DNA of 64,000 nt from Candidatus Cloacimonadales bacterium (GCA_963677495.2 CAXXOU010000003.1:448001-512000); one strand, 5' to 3'. Numbered from the stretch's first letter, positions 29,148 through 39,372 are shown. Notes: generated by a model from the letters alone, not told the origin. Numbers and translations are program-made.

Positions 29148-30203
29148 TTAAATCTTATAGAAATCTCTATACCAGGAAATGAACTTATCGATCCCTTCCT
29201 TAATTGGTGTTTCCGGTTTATAACCTAAATCCTCAATCAAATCAGTAACATCGGCATGACTAGCCGGAACATCTCCTGCTTGTAATGGAAGCAGTTCTTT
29301 ATCTGCTTCTACTCCTAAAGTTTCTTCTATGGCATTTATGAAATCCATAAGAAGAACTGGAGAGTTATTACCAATATTATAAATTTTGTAAGGAGCTTTT
29401 GAGCTTCCAGGGTCAGGACTAACAGCAGTCCATTTTGGATTTGGTTTCGCAGGACTAAAAATAACTCGTTTTATGCCTTCTACAATATCATCCACATAAG
29501 TAAAGTCTCTTTTCATTTTTCCATAGTTAAAGACTTTGATAGGTTTTCCTTTGAGAATATTCTCTGTGAAAATGAACAGAGCCATATCCGGTCTTCCCCA
29601 TGGTCCATATACTGTGAAGAATCTAAGCCCGGTTGTTGGGATATTGTACAGAGCTGAGTAAGAATGAGCAAGAAGTTCATTAGACTTCTTACTTGCAGCA
29701 TATAGACTTATTGGATGATCTACATTATCAGAAGTACTGAATGGCATGCTTTCATTCCAGCCATAGACACTAGAGCTACTAGCATATACAAGATGCTTTA
29801 TATCATTGTGTCTCGAAGCTTCAAGAATATTGTAAAATCCGATGATATTGCTTTGTAAGTAGGCATCAGGGTTAGTAATACTATATCTAACCCCAGCTTG
29901 TGCAGCCAGATTAACAACAACATCAAACTTCTCCTGTTCAAATAGTGCCATCAGGTTTTTCTGATCAGTTAGATCAAGTTTGATAAATCTATAATTATTA
30001 TGTTTCTTACTCTGGATAAGGATATTATGCTTAATATATTGCATTTCTATACCGGCTTCATGTAGTCTTCCATACTTAACACGAAGATCATAATAGTCAT
30101 TAATGATATCTAATCCGACTACTTCAACATTCTCTAGTGTAACAAGTTTGTTTACTAAATGGTACCCAATAAACCCAGCTGTACCTGTGACTAATATCTT
30201 CAT
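29148..30203 (-). CDS. UDP-glucuronate 4-epimerase-like NAD-dependent epimerase
   Basis: GTAGFIG, NLAAQAGVRYS, DHPISLYAASKKSNEL, GLRFFTVYGPWGRPDMA. Confidence 0.9.
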   Translation of the reverse strand: MKILVTGTAGFIGYHLVNKLVTLENVEVVGLDIINDYYDLRVKYGRLHEAGIEMQYIKHNILIQSKKHNNYRFIKLDLTDQKNLMALFEQEKFDVVVNLAAQAGVRYSITNPDAYLQSNIIGFYNILEASRHNDIKHLVYASSSSVYGWNESMPFSTSDNVDHPISLYAASKKSNELLAHSYSALYNIPTTGLRFFTVYGPWGRPDMALFIFTENILKGKPIKVFNYGKMKRDFTYVDDIVEGIKRVIFSPAKPNPKWTAVSPDPGSSKAPYKIYNIGNNSPVLLMDFINAIEETLGVEADKELLPLQAGDVPASHADVTDLIEDLGYKPETPIKEGIDKFISWYRDFYKI

Positions 30204-30212
30204 TCTAACTCC

Positions 30213-31169
30213 TTAAATACATGAACTATCTAGTGATCTATATATATTGATAATTTTGGACGCTATAACTGTATCTTTTAAATCTTCTATCATTTCTCTA
30301 CCATTAGAGCCTTCTTGATCATTGATTAACTCTAATACCGCATCTTTGATGATTGATGAATCATATTTGACTAACCTGCATCCATTACATTTTGGTAAGA
30401 TTTCTGGAACATCTCCACAAGGAGTGGATACAACATTTGCATTACAAGCAAGAGACTCCTTAATTACATTTGGTGAGCCTTCGTAGATTGAAGTAAACAA
30501 AACTAAATTTGCTGCATTATAGTAATATACTAACTCTTCATTGGGAATGTTTTTGAAAGGGACAATTGTTACATCTAAACCAGTTTTTGCTAAACTCTCT
30601 TTTGTTAAGGAGAAATTTTTCTCTGGTCTTTCCGGATTACCAGGAAAAACTACATAGATTTTATCTGTATCCCATCCTAAGTATTCTCTAGCTGTCTTAG
30701 TTGAGATTGGTTTAAATCTTTCGAACGAGACACCGTTTGGGATAACAGAGTAATTATTGTTTTCTTTGTTAAGATGAGAAAGAAGTTCTTTAGATTTAAC
30801 AATTACATGATCGTAATACCTGCAAAACAGATTGTTGATGGATTTATGTATACTACCAATAATCTTTTGTCCTGATATCTTATTCCAAAGCAACTCTGAG
30901 CCCATCATTGACACTACTAATTTTTCTTTGGTTCTAGCAAAATGAGCAACAATACCTAAATAACCGTAATGAGCATGTATAATGTCAAATTCATTATCTT
31001 TCAGATACTTTCTTAATAATGGAATAGATTTAATATAACCTTTGATTCCACTATGTTTCAATAGATAATACTCTACTTCTATTCCTTGCTTCTTCAGAGA
31101 CTCTCCCTGATTTTTAATTATGGGAGAAAGACCTATTCTAGTACCACTGCTTACAAACAAAACTTTCAT
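30213..31169 (-). CDS. Glycosyltransferase family 4
   Basis: DIIHAHYG, VIPNGV, TSIYEGSPNVIKESLACN. Confidence 0.85.
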   Translation of the reverse strand: MKVLFVSSGTRIGLSPIIKNQGESLKKQGIEVEYYLLKHSGIKGYIKSIPLLRKYLKDNEFDIIHAHYGYLGIVAHFARTKEKLVVSMMGSELLWNKISGQKIIGSIHKSINNLFCRYYDHVIVKSKELLSHLNKENNNYSVIPNGVSFERFKPISTKTAREYLGWDTDKIYVVFPGNPERPEKNFSLTKESLAKTGLDVTIVPFKNIPNEELVYYYNAANLVLFTSIYEGSPNVIKESLACNANVVSTPCGDVPEILPKCNGCRLVKYDSSIIKDAVLELINDQEGSNGREMIEDLKDTVIASKIINIYRSLDSSCI

Positions 31170-32782
31170 TAGTGACTTCTCTCTCTCTTAACGAGAATAT
31201 TGAAAATACATTTAAAGAAATATGTAAAGTCAGTCCACAATGGATGTTTTAACTTCTTAAGTAAATAGCGTTTCTCTGACTGAACAATTTCCTCAAAACT
31301 ATGAGGCATATCAGCATAGAATGGCGGTAATAATCCAGGTTTGGTTTTAATTCTCAATTCCTGTACATCTTCAGGATACAAACTGAAATAATGCTCGCTT
31401 AATGCTCTAACCCCAACCAATCCAACTTCTCCTTTAAAGAAGTTTATAAACTGAGGTAACTCATCAATCCAAAGTTTTCTAAATACTTTACCCCAACTTG
31501 TAACTCGTGGATCGTTTGCAAATTTACCTCCCTTCTGAAGGTTGTAAGTTTGAAAGATATATTTTTGAAGATATTCTGAATAAGGGTGCATTGTCCTAAC
31601 TTTATATAGGTATATGATTTTTCCATCTTTACCACGACGTTTTAACTTGATTAAAGGTCCATATGATGGATTTATATCAGCACTTGGATGTTTCACCTTA
31701 CGGGCGACTAAGTATAGTTTTGAGCCGATCTTTTTCTTCTTTATTAATTCAAACCCACAATAATACAATCGTCCAAGAACTTCTGTTTCTGAAAGTGCTC
31801 TGTTTCTACCTTTCGTAAGCGCAAAGTAAAATCCTTTAAGCAACATCATTTTTGGGAAAACTCTTCTGAACCAGAAGTCAAAGACATAAATTATACTGCC
31901 AATAAAAGGTGTAAACTTCTTCATTAACTGTTTTTTTTGTTCATGGAAGGTTTCAACATTTGCAACAAGAACACCATCTGGTTTGATAATCTCGTTCAAC
32001 TGAATCAAGAATCTGTTTATACGTCTGAAATCGTTAATTCTATGTAGGTTAACAAAGAGTTCTTTTGATTCCTTCTCAATTACTTCAATGTTATAGAAGG
32101 TTTGACTATTTATCACCAAAGATTTCTCTTTGTTGAAAGTAGACAGTTCTAGATAACTATCTAAAAAGTCATATAACTCTTGATCATTATTTAAGTAGTT
32201 TTGTTTTAAATCCTTCTCAAAAGAGTGACTAACATCATTAGAAAAAGGTGAGTACTTGTTTTCAGGTGAATACTCATCAATAAAAGATTTATCATTTTGA
32301 ATTGGGTTATATTTTTTACTTTCAATACCAGAAGGTATATTTTCAAGTTTACTTGATTTTGTTATGAATGTAGTTTTAGCAAAGCTGGGATTATCAAGAT
32401 AAAATCTGAAAGAGTAATATAGTAAGGTGAATATTATCAATTCTGAACCTAAAGAAAGTACCATTGTACCAAATACAAGCGATTGAGAGTAGGTGAACCT
32501 TTTAAAGAAAAGGATTGCACAAACTATTACTGCAATTGCAAAAACATCATTAACAACTATAGATTTCCAAATATCATGGATAGAGTTCTTCTTTCTTATT
32601 GAAAATTTCCCCCCCCATAAACCTGTAAGTTGCCAAGTAAATAGGTATCCAAGAAATGGTTTACTATAGTCTTTTAAAATATTCCTTGTTCCCTTCATAT
32701 ACCACGCAACCAGGGCAAAAGATCCAAAAATCAATAAAGTATCTAAAATAAAGTAACTTACAAACCAGAATCTCTTCTTCAT
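31169..32782 (-). CDS. Initiating sugar (phosphoglycosyl) transferase, Bac_transf C-terminal domain
   Basis: Four N-terminal TMs; C-terminal YKVRTM, DPRVTSWGKVFRKLWIDELPQ, LVGVR, KPGL. Confidence 0.8.
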   Translation of the reverse strand: MKKRFWFVSYFILDTLLIFGSFALVAWYMKGTRNILKDYSKPFLGYLFTWQLTGLWGGKFSIRKKNSIHDIWKSIVVNDVFAIAVIVCAILFFKRFTYSQSLVFGTMVLSLGSELIIFTLLYYSFRFYLDNPSFAKTTFITKSSKLENIPSGIESKKYNPIQNDKSFIDEYSPENKYSPFSNDVSHSFEKDLKQNYLNNDQELYDFLDSYLELSTFNKEKSLVINSQTFYNIEVIEKESKELFVNLHRINDFRRINRFLIQLNEIIKPDGVLVANVETFHEQKKQLMKKFTPFIGSIIYVFDFWFRRVFPKMMLLKGFYFALTKGRNRALSETEVLGRLYYCGFELIKKKKIGSKLYLVARKVKHPSADINPSYGPLIKLKRRGKDGKIIYLYKVRTMHPYSEYLQKYIFQTYNLQKGGKFANDPRVTSWGKVFRKLWIDELPQFINFFKGEVGLVGVRALSEHYFSLYPEDVQELRIKTKPGLLPPFYADMPHSFEEIVQSEKRYLLKKLKHPLWTDFTYFFKCIFNILVKRERSH

Positions 32783-33555
32783 AGCTTCTTAAACCTTAAG
32801 TATATCATTTTTACAAAATTACGGATTAACCTTTTATAATAGATTTTGTACCAATCAAATGTATTGCTTGCCCAATGCTCAGGATGGATATTAATCATTA
32901 TCTTATCTGGTAGAGTCTCATTTTCAAAAGCTTTGATGAGCGAATCTAAACTATCAATATGTATCTGATAGCTTGTTTCAACTTTATCTCTTCGATTTAC
33001 AGATTGTTTTCCCCAAGATCTACCAGCATCAGTTAAATAAAATATATCATTGTAATCAAAGTCAAAAAAAGTTTCACTTGAAATCCCTAAGTCTCTATAA
33101 TCATGGCTTTCCCAGATTTCTTTACTATCATATGGGCTAGTAGGTCTACCATGCATAGCAATAGATTTAACTGGATACCCAATATTCTTAAATCTTGTTA
33201 TATCATTCCTAAATGATTGATAAGCAATATCAATATCACCCTTGCTATCACACAAATTCTCATAATGATAACCAATCTCATGCCCTAGAGAACTAATATT
33301 ATTTATACATTTTTCATCAAAGCTTACAGGCTTTGTTCTGAAATAATATGTTGCCTTACATAGCATATTGCTTTCTATTTCTGCCATAATATATGATCGA
33401 CTTGGCTTTCTGTCTACATCATGTCTTAAGATTAATACTTTAGGGTCAGTTTCTGTTTTAAACTCAGTTACACCGACACATTTATAACCTTTAGAAATAG
33501 CCGTTTCAAGAAGAAGTCTATACTTTTGAAAAGAGAAATCTTTATTCATTAACAA
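32779..33555 (-). CDS. Polysaccharide deacetylase-like protein
   Basis: LILRHDVD, ATYYFR, GHEIGYHYE, AMHG, INIHPEHW. Confidence 0.65.
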   Translation of the reverse strand: MLMNKDFSFQKYRLLLETAISKGYKCVGVTEFKTETDPKVLILRHDVDRKPSRSYIMAEIESNMLCKATYYFRTKPVSFDEKCINNISSLGHEIGYHYENLCDSKGDIDIAYQSFRNDITRFKNIGYPVKSIAMHGRPTSPYDSKEIWESHDYRDLGISSETFFDFDYNDIFYLTDAGRSWGKQSVNRRDKVETSYQIHIDSLDSLIKAFENETLPDKIMINIHPEHWASNTFDWYKIYYKRLIRNFVKMIYLRFKKL

Positions 33556-34618
33556 ACCTATCTTGGAAATCGGGTTTAACTGTCATCACTTTGAAGCTTT
33601 CAGGATAGTTTTCAATGAACCACTCTGTAAAAGAAGTTACATCTATCTTGTCGTTCATGAACTGCCTTGCTTTACTCTTATATGTATCGAAAAGATTATC
33701 TTTTGCTAGTACTGATGAAAGTTTATTCATAACACCTTCCGAGCTAGTGAAATTATAACATAAGTCATATTTCTCAAGATCCTGACAATATGATCTTTCA
33801 AGAGTATTAATATAGAATGAAGCCGTTCCAAGAACTCCGGCCTCCATAGCCATTGTAGCACCTTCTCCTACAAATACTTCTGCAAAATATAGTGCATCAT
33901 GCATCATTTGTGGAGGGATTTTTATCATGAAAGGTTTAAACTTATCTGGTAGTTCTGTTTCTCCAGAGATGAATACTTTATATCCTTCATCAAGAAGCTT
34001 GTTCAACACATCTTCTTTCAATTCACTTGTCATACCACTCTGACCTTCATCATGAGTTGCATTCCAAGAAACAAATCTTAGGATCGAATATCTTGTGCCT
34101 TCAGTAATACCTAAGTACTTGAATATATTTTTATTAGGTTTAAAATAGTTGGGACTTAGATAAGCTATCTCATGGTGTCCTCGATACCTAATCTGTTTTT
34201 TGGGATATTCAAACGGAAAAACATCAGAAGTCAAAATTGCCTTCGTAAATGGTAAGTAAAGTCTAACTTGTTCCCAGTTACCGGTGTCTTCAAAGGCAAT
34301 ATGGGGTTTTCTAAGTATAGCTGCCACCCATGCTGCATATGGAGATCCATGACTCATAAACAAGTCTGCTTTAAATCTTCTTGCTTTTCTTAGCATTTGA
34401 TATGTAAACCTGAACAATCCCTTAATCTTGTCCATTTTAGTAGCTCTATGCTCGCCAAAAGATGTGAAATCAAAACCTGCGGCAGTTAGAAGTTCAATCT
34501 CGAACTCTTTTTGTCTTGCTGTAAACAAAACCTTATGCCCTTTATTTTGCATATTTAAAGCAAAATTTCTAAACAAGTGCACATGACCGGGATGCCCAAT
34601 ATCAATTAGTATTCTCAT
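33542..34618 (-). CDS. DUF354 family (GT-B-like) protein
   Basis: ILIDIGHPGHVHLF, YRGHHEIAYL, LRFVSWNATHD, GEGATMAMEAGVLG. Confidence 0.8.
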   Translation of the reverse strand: MRILIDIGHPGHVHLFRNFALNMQNKGHKVLFTARQKEFEIELLTAAGFDFTSFGEHRATKMDKIKGLFRFTYQMLRKARRFKADLFMSHGSPYAAWVAAILRKPHIAFEDTGNWEQVRLYLPFTKAILTSDVFPFEYPKKQIRYRGHHEIAYLSPNYFKPNKNIFKYLGITEGTRYSILRFVSWNATHDEGQSGMTSELKEDVLNKLLDEGYKVFISGETELPDKFKPFMIKIPPQMMHDALYFAEVFVGEGATMAMEAGVLGTASFYINTLERSYCQDLEKYDLCYNFTSSEGVMNKLSSVLAKDNLFDTYKSKARQFMNDKIDVTSFTEWFIENYPESFKVMTVKPDFQDRFVNE

Positions 34619-35412
34619 TTTCTCGTCGCTATGATTGTTTTACCAGCATAAACTTGATCTTTAAGGTTAACAAGTATCTTGAAATCATCTGGAATTATCA
34701 AGTCTACTTGTGAGCCAAACTTAATCATACCAACATATTCTCCTCGTTTAACAGAGTCACCAACATCCTTATAAGAAACAATTCTTCTTACTCTTTTTGA
34801 TGCAATTTGAACCATCCCAAAAAGGAGTCCGTCATCTCTTTTAAACACCATAGTGTTTCTTTCGTTTTCAACTAGAGCTTCACCAAGCTTCAGTGAAAGA
34901 AATTTACCATCAAAATGTTTGTTTAGAACTATTTCACCACTTACTGGTGCGCAATTATTATGCACATCGTAAGGTGTCATATTGATTCCCACTAACCAAC
35001 ATGGTTGCTTTAATATATCTGTTTTAGTCAGTTCCTCAAGCTTAGCTATTGTAGAATTCTTAATTGATATAGGAACTTTGTTAGGCTCAATTCTTTTAAT
35101 ATAGATCACATTTCCATCTGCTGCAGATATTACATCATCCAATCCTGCATCCGTTACTCTTTTTGGTTTTCGGAAGAATCTAATCATTAAATCCAAGAAA
35201 ACAAGCATGGGAATTGAAAAAACTGTCGCTAGAATACTTAACCAAGAAAAGCTACTAACACATATAAATCCTAAAATGAGTGAAGCAAACTGAACAAATA
35301 AAATATCTTTAACAATTAATGAGTAGCTAACATTCGTTTTCTTGTGAAGAAAAGCGTATATTAGAAAAGGAACGACTAGTGCAATTGCTGCATTTATTGA
35401 ATATAATATCAT
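34615..35412 (-). CDS. psd: Phosphatidylserine decarboxylase family protein (pyruvoyl enzyme)
   Basis: FFRKPKR, ISAADG, MTPYDVHNNCAPVSG, ENERN, VRRIV, GMIKFGSQVDL (G-S self-cleavage site). Confidence 0.8.
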   Translation of the reverse strand: MILYSINAAIALVVPFLIYAFLHKKTNVSYSLIVKDILFVQFASLILGFICVSSFSWLSILATVFSIPMLVFLDLMIRFFRKPKRVTDAGLDDVISAADGNVIYIKRIEPNKVPISIKNSTIAKLEELTKTDILKQPCWLVGINMTPYDVHNNCAPVSGEIVLNKHFDGKFLSLKLGEALVENERNTMVFKRDDGLLFGMVQIASKRVRRIVSYKDVGDSVKRGEYVGMIKFGSQVDLIIPDDFKILVNLKDQVYAGKTIIATRK

Positions 35413-35413
35413 T

Positions 35414-36577
35414 TTAACCTCTTTTATACTTCAAGTATGGAGTTAGTATAAGATACATTATAGCTGGAAGGGGGTCTTTTAGGTCCCAAACTGCATACTC
35501 TTTCTTTTTACTTAAGCTTGTTAAATATTCTTTTAGGGATATGCGGGATTTTTTACCTTTCATAAGTTCTTTAAACACAATATATGTATCGATAACTCTT
35601 TCAATCCAAGCTAAACCTTCGATTTTATTGTGTACTTCAACTAGACTTCTTTCATTGTTAAGATATTTGATTAATGATTCAATAGGACTAACATTTACAA
35701 CATTTGCCATTGAATGCCATTTCCAAGTACGTGGATTAATTTCCAAGAGCTTATATTCACCGGTTATCTCATCATACATAAATTCAGTTTCTGAAACACC
35801 AAAATAGTCGATTTCTTCCAAGAGTTTGGTTGCTAAATCATCAATCTCTTTATTTACTACAGAAACCGCATAAGTTGTAGCTCTACCAAATGTAAACGGC
35901 CTTTGTCTAGATCTATTAGCAACAAAACTACACCAAGATTTTCCATTGGCAAAAAAAGAACCATATGAATAAAGATTCTTTGGGCCTCCTGGAAGAAACT
36001 CTTGAATAATAATCTCACTAGAAGGTACAGCTTTAATTCCAACTTCATAGTTGCTGATTAGTTCTTCTCCATTGTTACATAATAAGGCCTTTTTACCTGT
36101 TTTCTTTAGAAATGTAGACATTACTGCAGGTTTAATGATAACTGGATATCTTATTTGTGTCGCAATATACAGTAACTCATCCATAGTCTCAGGATAGTAC
36201 GATTTAGGGTAAGGTATGCCAAGTTCATGAGCTTTTTTATAGGTTTTTACCTTGTCAAAACAGAGCATTGTCGTCTCGTGCGATGGAAGATTAATATGAT
36301 ACCCAGCTAACACATCACGATTATCACTTATCAACTTTACCAATGTATCGTTGGTTGGTATGATAAGTGTATCGAGTGAACATCTTCGTTTCACTAACTG
36401 TTTTATAAGCTCTTTGTGATCATAATATCTGACAAATATATCAAGATTTTTAGAAAATTTAGCAATACTTAATGCATAATCATTAAAAAGAACTGTTTTC
36501 AGTCCTAATCGCTTGCAAATTCTAATAACACCAAGCCCCTGTACATGATCACCTAAAATGAAAACTCTCTTAATCAA
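35414..36577 (-). CDS. ATP-grasp carboxylate-amine ligase (D-aspartate ligase-like)
   Basis: LGVIR, IPTND, DKVKTYKKA...IPYPKS, YPVIIKP, IIQEFLPG, LLEINPRTWKW; TTG start with GAGGGAG RBS (ORF extends to 36604). Confidence 0.8.
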   Translation of the reverse strand: MIKRVFILGDHVQGLGVIRICKRLGLKTVLFNDYALSIAKFSKNLDIFVRYYDHKELIKQLVKRRCSLDTLIIPTNDTLVKLISDNRDVLAGYHINLPSHETTMLCFDKVKTYKKAHELGIPYPKSYYPETMDELLYIATQIRYPVIIKPAVMSTFLKKTGKKALLCNNGEELISNYEVGIKAVPSSEIIIQEFLPGGPKNLYSYGSFFANGKSWCSFVANRSRQRPFTFGRATTYAVSVVNKEIDDLATKLLEEIDYFGVSETEFMYDEITGEYKLLEINPRTWKWHSMANVVNVSPIESLIKYLNNERSLVEVHNKIEGLAWIERVIDTYIVFKELMKGKKSRISLKEYLTSLSKKKEYAVWDLKDPLPAIMYLILTPYLKYKRG

Positions 36578-38006
36578 TTGTCTCCCTCGGATAAGCTGAT
36601 TCAACTTCGGAAAATTGAATCAGATCATAGTTTACTAATCCAACATCATTCCCACCAGGTTCATCAGTTTCGTCCCAAATAAGCTCTGCTATTTCAAGCA
36701 AATCTGTTGTACCCCAATAATTCCTATTAGCGTCGATAATATTTGGTCTCGAATGATACGCTAAATTAACTGCAAGAGTGCAATCAAGGAAATTGTTCTT
36801 CGTCAATCCTACATTTATATCTGAGAAACTTATAGCTTTATAGACATTATTGAATGTTGAAAAAATCACTTCAGGACTACATCTATCAGAACTCACACAT
36901 GCACCATCAATATTTTCGAAATAGCAATACTGAATAACTGAATCAGCAGAAATCAGAGTATCATGGGATTTTTTATGGTGAATTCCACTTTGGCAATTGA
37001 AAAAAACGCAATCAGTTATTTGAGCATCACTTGAATCCCATATCTTAACTGCAGGTTCTTCAATATCAGAAAAATAGCAATGCGAAATTATTGGCGAGTT
37101 AAGTAAATTACTTGATCCCCACACTCCAATTCCAGAAAAACTATTAACGAAACTACTATTGTTTATATAAGTATACTCAGTAGTAATATCCAAGCAAGAA
37201 TCAGTACAATTATAGAATAACACATTATTGAAAGAGCAGTCATTTGATTTTACTTCAATACCAGATATACTATTTGAGAAGACAGCTGAATCTACTATCA
37301 ATCTTCCAGTTTCAACAACTTCTATTCGTCTCCAATAGGAAGAAGTATCTTTTTCTAGGAATAAAACTGGGTTCTCATTGTTGCCTTGAATATCAAGTAT
37401 TCCAGCAACAGTTATTTTAGAATTATCCATCTCGATTAAACAATTATCGAAAACTGTAACACTTTGTTCAAGGAATAAATCGCTTGATACAAGAATATGT
37501 TGATTTGGTCCAAGAGTTAGATCTTCGCTTACTATCCCAGAAAGTTCGATACTCTCTGCCATATCAATCAATACATTCGTATCAGTTTTCACTTCAATCG
37601 TCTTAATATTACATCCATATCCTTCAGAAAAGTAGTATAACAAATAGTTTCCAGGCACTACAGCATCAAACTCAAAATTTCTATTTGTTACAATTTCTTG
37701 CAACCAATCTGTTGAGTTTCGATAGTTAATTGTATAATCTAAAGGAATTGAAGAACCTACATACTGGAAATCATCATTTGATTCAACTGCGCTTGTAGTA
37801 CTCTGGAACAACTTAACAGTAATTACATCAGACTCATTAGCATTATTTATAAGGTTGATTGACCCACTTATTTTAAATTTAATTTTTGGATCTGTGCCAT
37901 TCTTACAACTACATAAAGTATTCAAACACACAACACCTAATAAAACATATAATATTATTAAGGAAATTTTACGTGTTTTTGACTGTCTCTGCCGATTCAT
38001 ATACAT
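36570..38006 (-). CDS. Putative lipoprotein with right-handed parallel beta-helix repeats
   Basis: Basic N-terminus, hydrophobic stretch and Cys; repeats such as ISHCYFSD/ITDCVFFN/IQYCYFEN; IDANRNYWGT. Confidence 0.65.
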   Translation of the reverse strand: MYMNRQRQSKTRKISLIILYVLLGVVCLNTLCSCKNGTDPKIKFKISGSINLINNANESDVITVKLFQSTTSAVESNDDFQYVGSSIPLDYTINYRNSTDWLQEIVTNRNFEFDAVVPGNYLLYYFSEGYGCNIKTIEVKTDTNVLIDMAESIELSGIVSEDLTLGPNQHILVSSDLFLEQSVTVFDNCLIEMDNSKITVAGILDIQGNNENPVLFLEKDTSSYWRRIEVVETGRLIVDSAVFSNSISGIEVKSNDCSFNNVLFYNCTDSCLDITTEYTYINNSSFVNSFSGIGVWGSSNLLNSPIISHCYFSDIEEPAVKIWDSSDAQITDCVFFNCQSGIHHKKSHDTLISADSVIQYCYFENIDGACVSSDRCSPEVIFSTFNNVYKAISFSDINVGLTKNNFLDCTLAVNLAYHSRPNIIDANRNYWGTTDLLEIAELIWDETDEPGGNDVGLVNYDLIQFSEVESAYPRETID

Positions 38007-39372
38007 CTCCTTTCATAAATCTATCGCTAAGTAGCAAATATACAACTAAAAACAACTGACCTTCTGCGTACATTAAGTACCCAAATGTTTGTCTACTTGT
38101 AATATGAACTACTATTAAACCAAGCATACCTAGATTTAACATAAGACCAAGATTCTTTCTTTTTCCATCTTTATATCTAGCATTTTTCCTGAAATAGTCA
38201 GCCAAGAATGCTAGCCATAAAATCTGACCAAAAAGTCCAACTTGTAGGATTAAGTTCAACCAACCTACATGCCCATCAGCAAACTTAGAATACTCTTTTG
38301 ATGCGCCTAGACCAATAATAGGACTTGAGACAAAGCCTGCAACAACATTACTTAGTCTGGTATCAAGCCTAGATAGAGTCCCTCCAGCTGTTACATCACC
38401 CTGCGTAATAGCCGAAACTGTTGAGAGTCTATCTCCAACACTCTCAAAAGCAGTAAAAATTGAAAGATTAACAAATGAAAATACTAGAAGAATAAGAAGA
38501 ACTCTTACTGAAGCTTTGCGATAAGCTGTTGAAGTAAATACTTTGATAAAGAATGCAATCGCAATTACGAACGATAAACTGATAATCCATCCTCTTGTTC
38601 CAGTTAACACAATTGATAATGCTGCCAATAATAAGTTGAATGTAGCATTTATATTATGTTCAAAAATGAAGTATAGACTGAGTATAGCTACGTAATATGA
38701 GAATGCAGGATTTTCCATCAATCTAATGTACCCCCCCCAGTGAATCCTATTATACTGCTGGGAATTTGAAATACCAGTTAATAACTCAGTAATATTAGTA
38801 TTGGTATAATACTTAAATATCTGTCCTACTAATCCTATAATACAATAGAATGTCAAAATGTAGTAAATATCTTTAGCTGATACTTTGTTTCTATCGAAGC
38901 ATGGTACAGCCAATATTAGTGTGTTAATCATCATTCTTCTTATTATTGGAACAATCTTTGAATAGTTAAACCCTAAAAGGAAGGAGTACGAAAGCATAAA
39001 AAGTACACCAAAAATTAAGAATTGAATTCCCTTATTATATATCATCTTCTTTTTAATTTTAAGATGAGGAACAATTAATAACAATAATGTCATATCAATA
39101 AAGTCAATTGATGCCCCTGGCATAATTGATATAATTGGTAATCTATGTAAAGATGAGATATTTTGTTCACTGAAGAAACCAAGTGGTTGATTAATGTATG
39201 AAAGTAATAAAAAAAAGACCTGCCAATACATCTTATTTTTGATCAAGTAAAATTGAATTATCAAGATAACAACCCAACCAACATATTTTGGTAAAACATA
39301 TACACTTACAACAGTTATTGCGAATAGAATGATTTGAGTGAGAACACTATTTTGTGAGATTTTTTTTAACAT
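37969..39372 (-). CDS. wzy: O-antigen polymerase/ligase-like membrane protein (Wzy/WaaL fold)
   Basis: About 11-12 TMs, LTGTRGWI, SPIIGLG, HVGWLNLILQVGLFG (Wzy_C-like). Confidence 0.65.
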   Translation of the reverse strand: MLKKISQNSVLTQIILFAITVVSVYVLPKYVGWVVILIIQFYLIKNKMYWQVFFLLLSYINQPLGFFSEQNISSLHRLPIISIMPGASIDFIDMTLLLLIVPHLKIKKKMIYNKGIQFLIFGVLFMLSYSFLLGFNYSKIVPIIRRMMINTLILAVPCFDRNKVSAKDIYYILTFYCIIGLVGQIFKYYTNTNITELLTGISNSQQYNRIHWGGYIRLMENPAFSYYVAILSLYFIFEHNINATFNLLLAALSIVLTGTRGWIISLSFVIAIAFFIKVFTSTAYRKASVRVLLILLVFSFVNLSIFTAFESVGDRLSTVSAITQGDVTAGGTLSRLDTRLSNVVAGFVSSPIIGLGASKEYSKFADGHVGWLNLILQVGLFGQILWLAFLADYFRKNARYKDGKRKNLGLMLNLGMLGLIVVHITSRQTFGYLMYAEGQLFLVVYLLLSDRFMKGDVYESAETVKNT

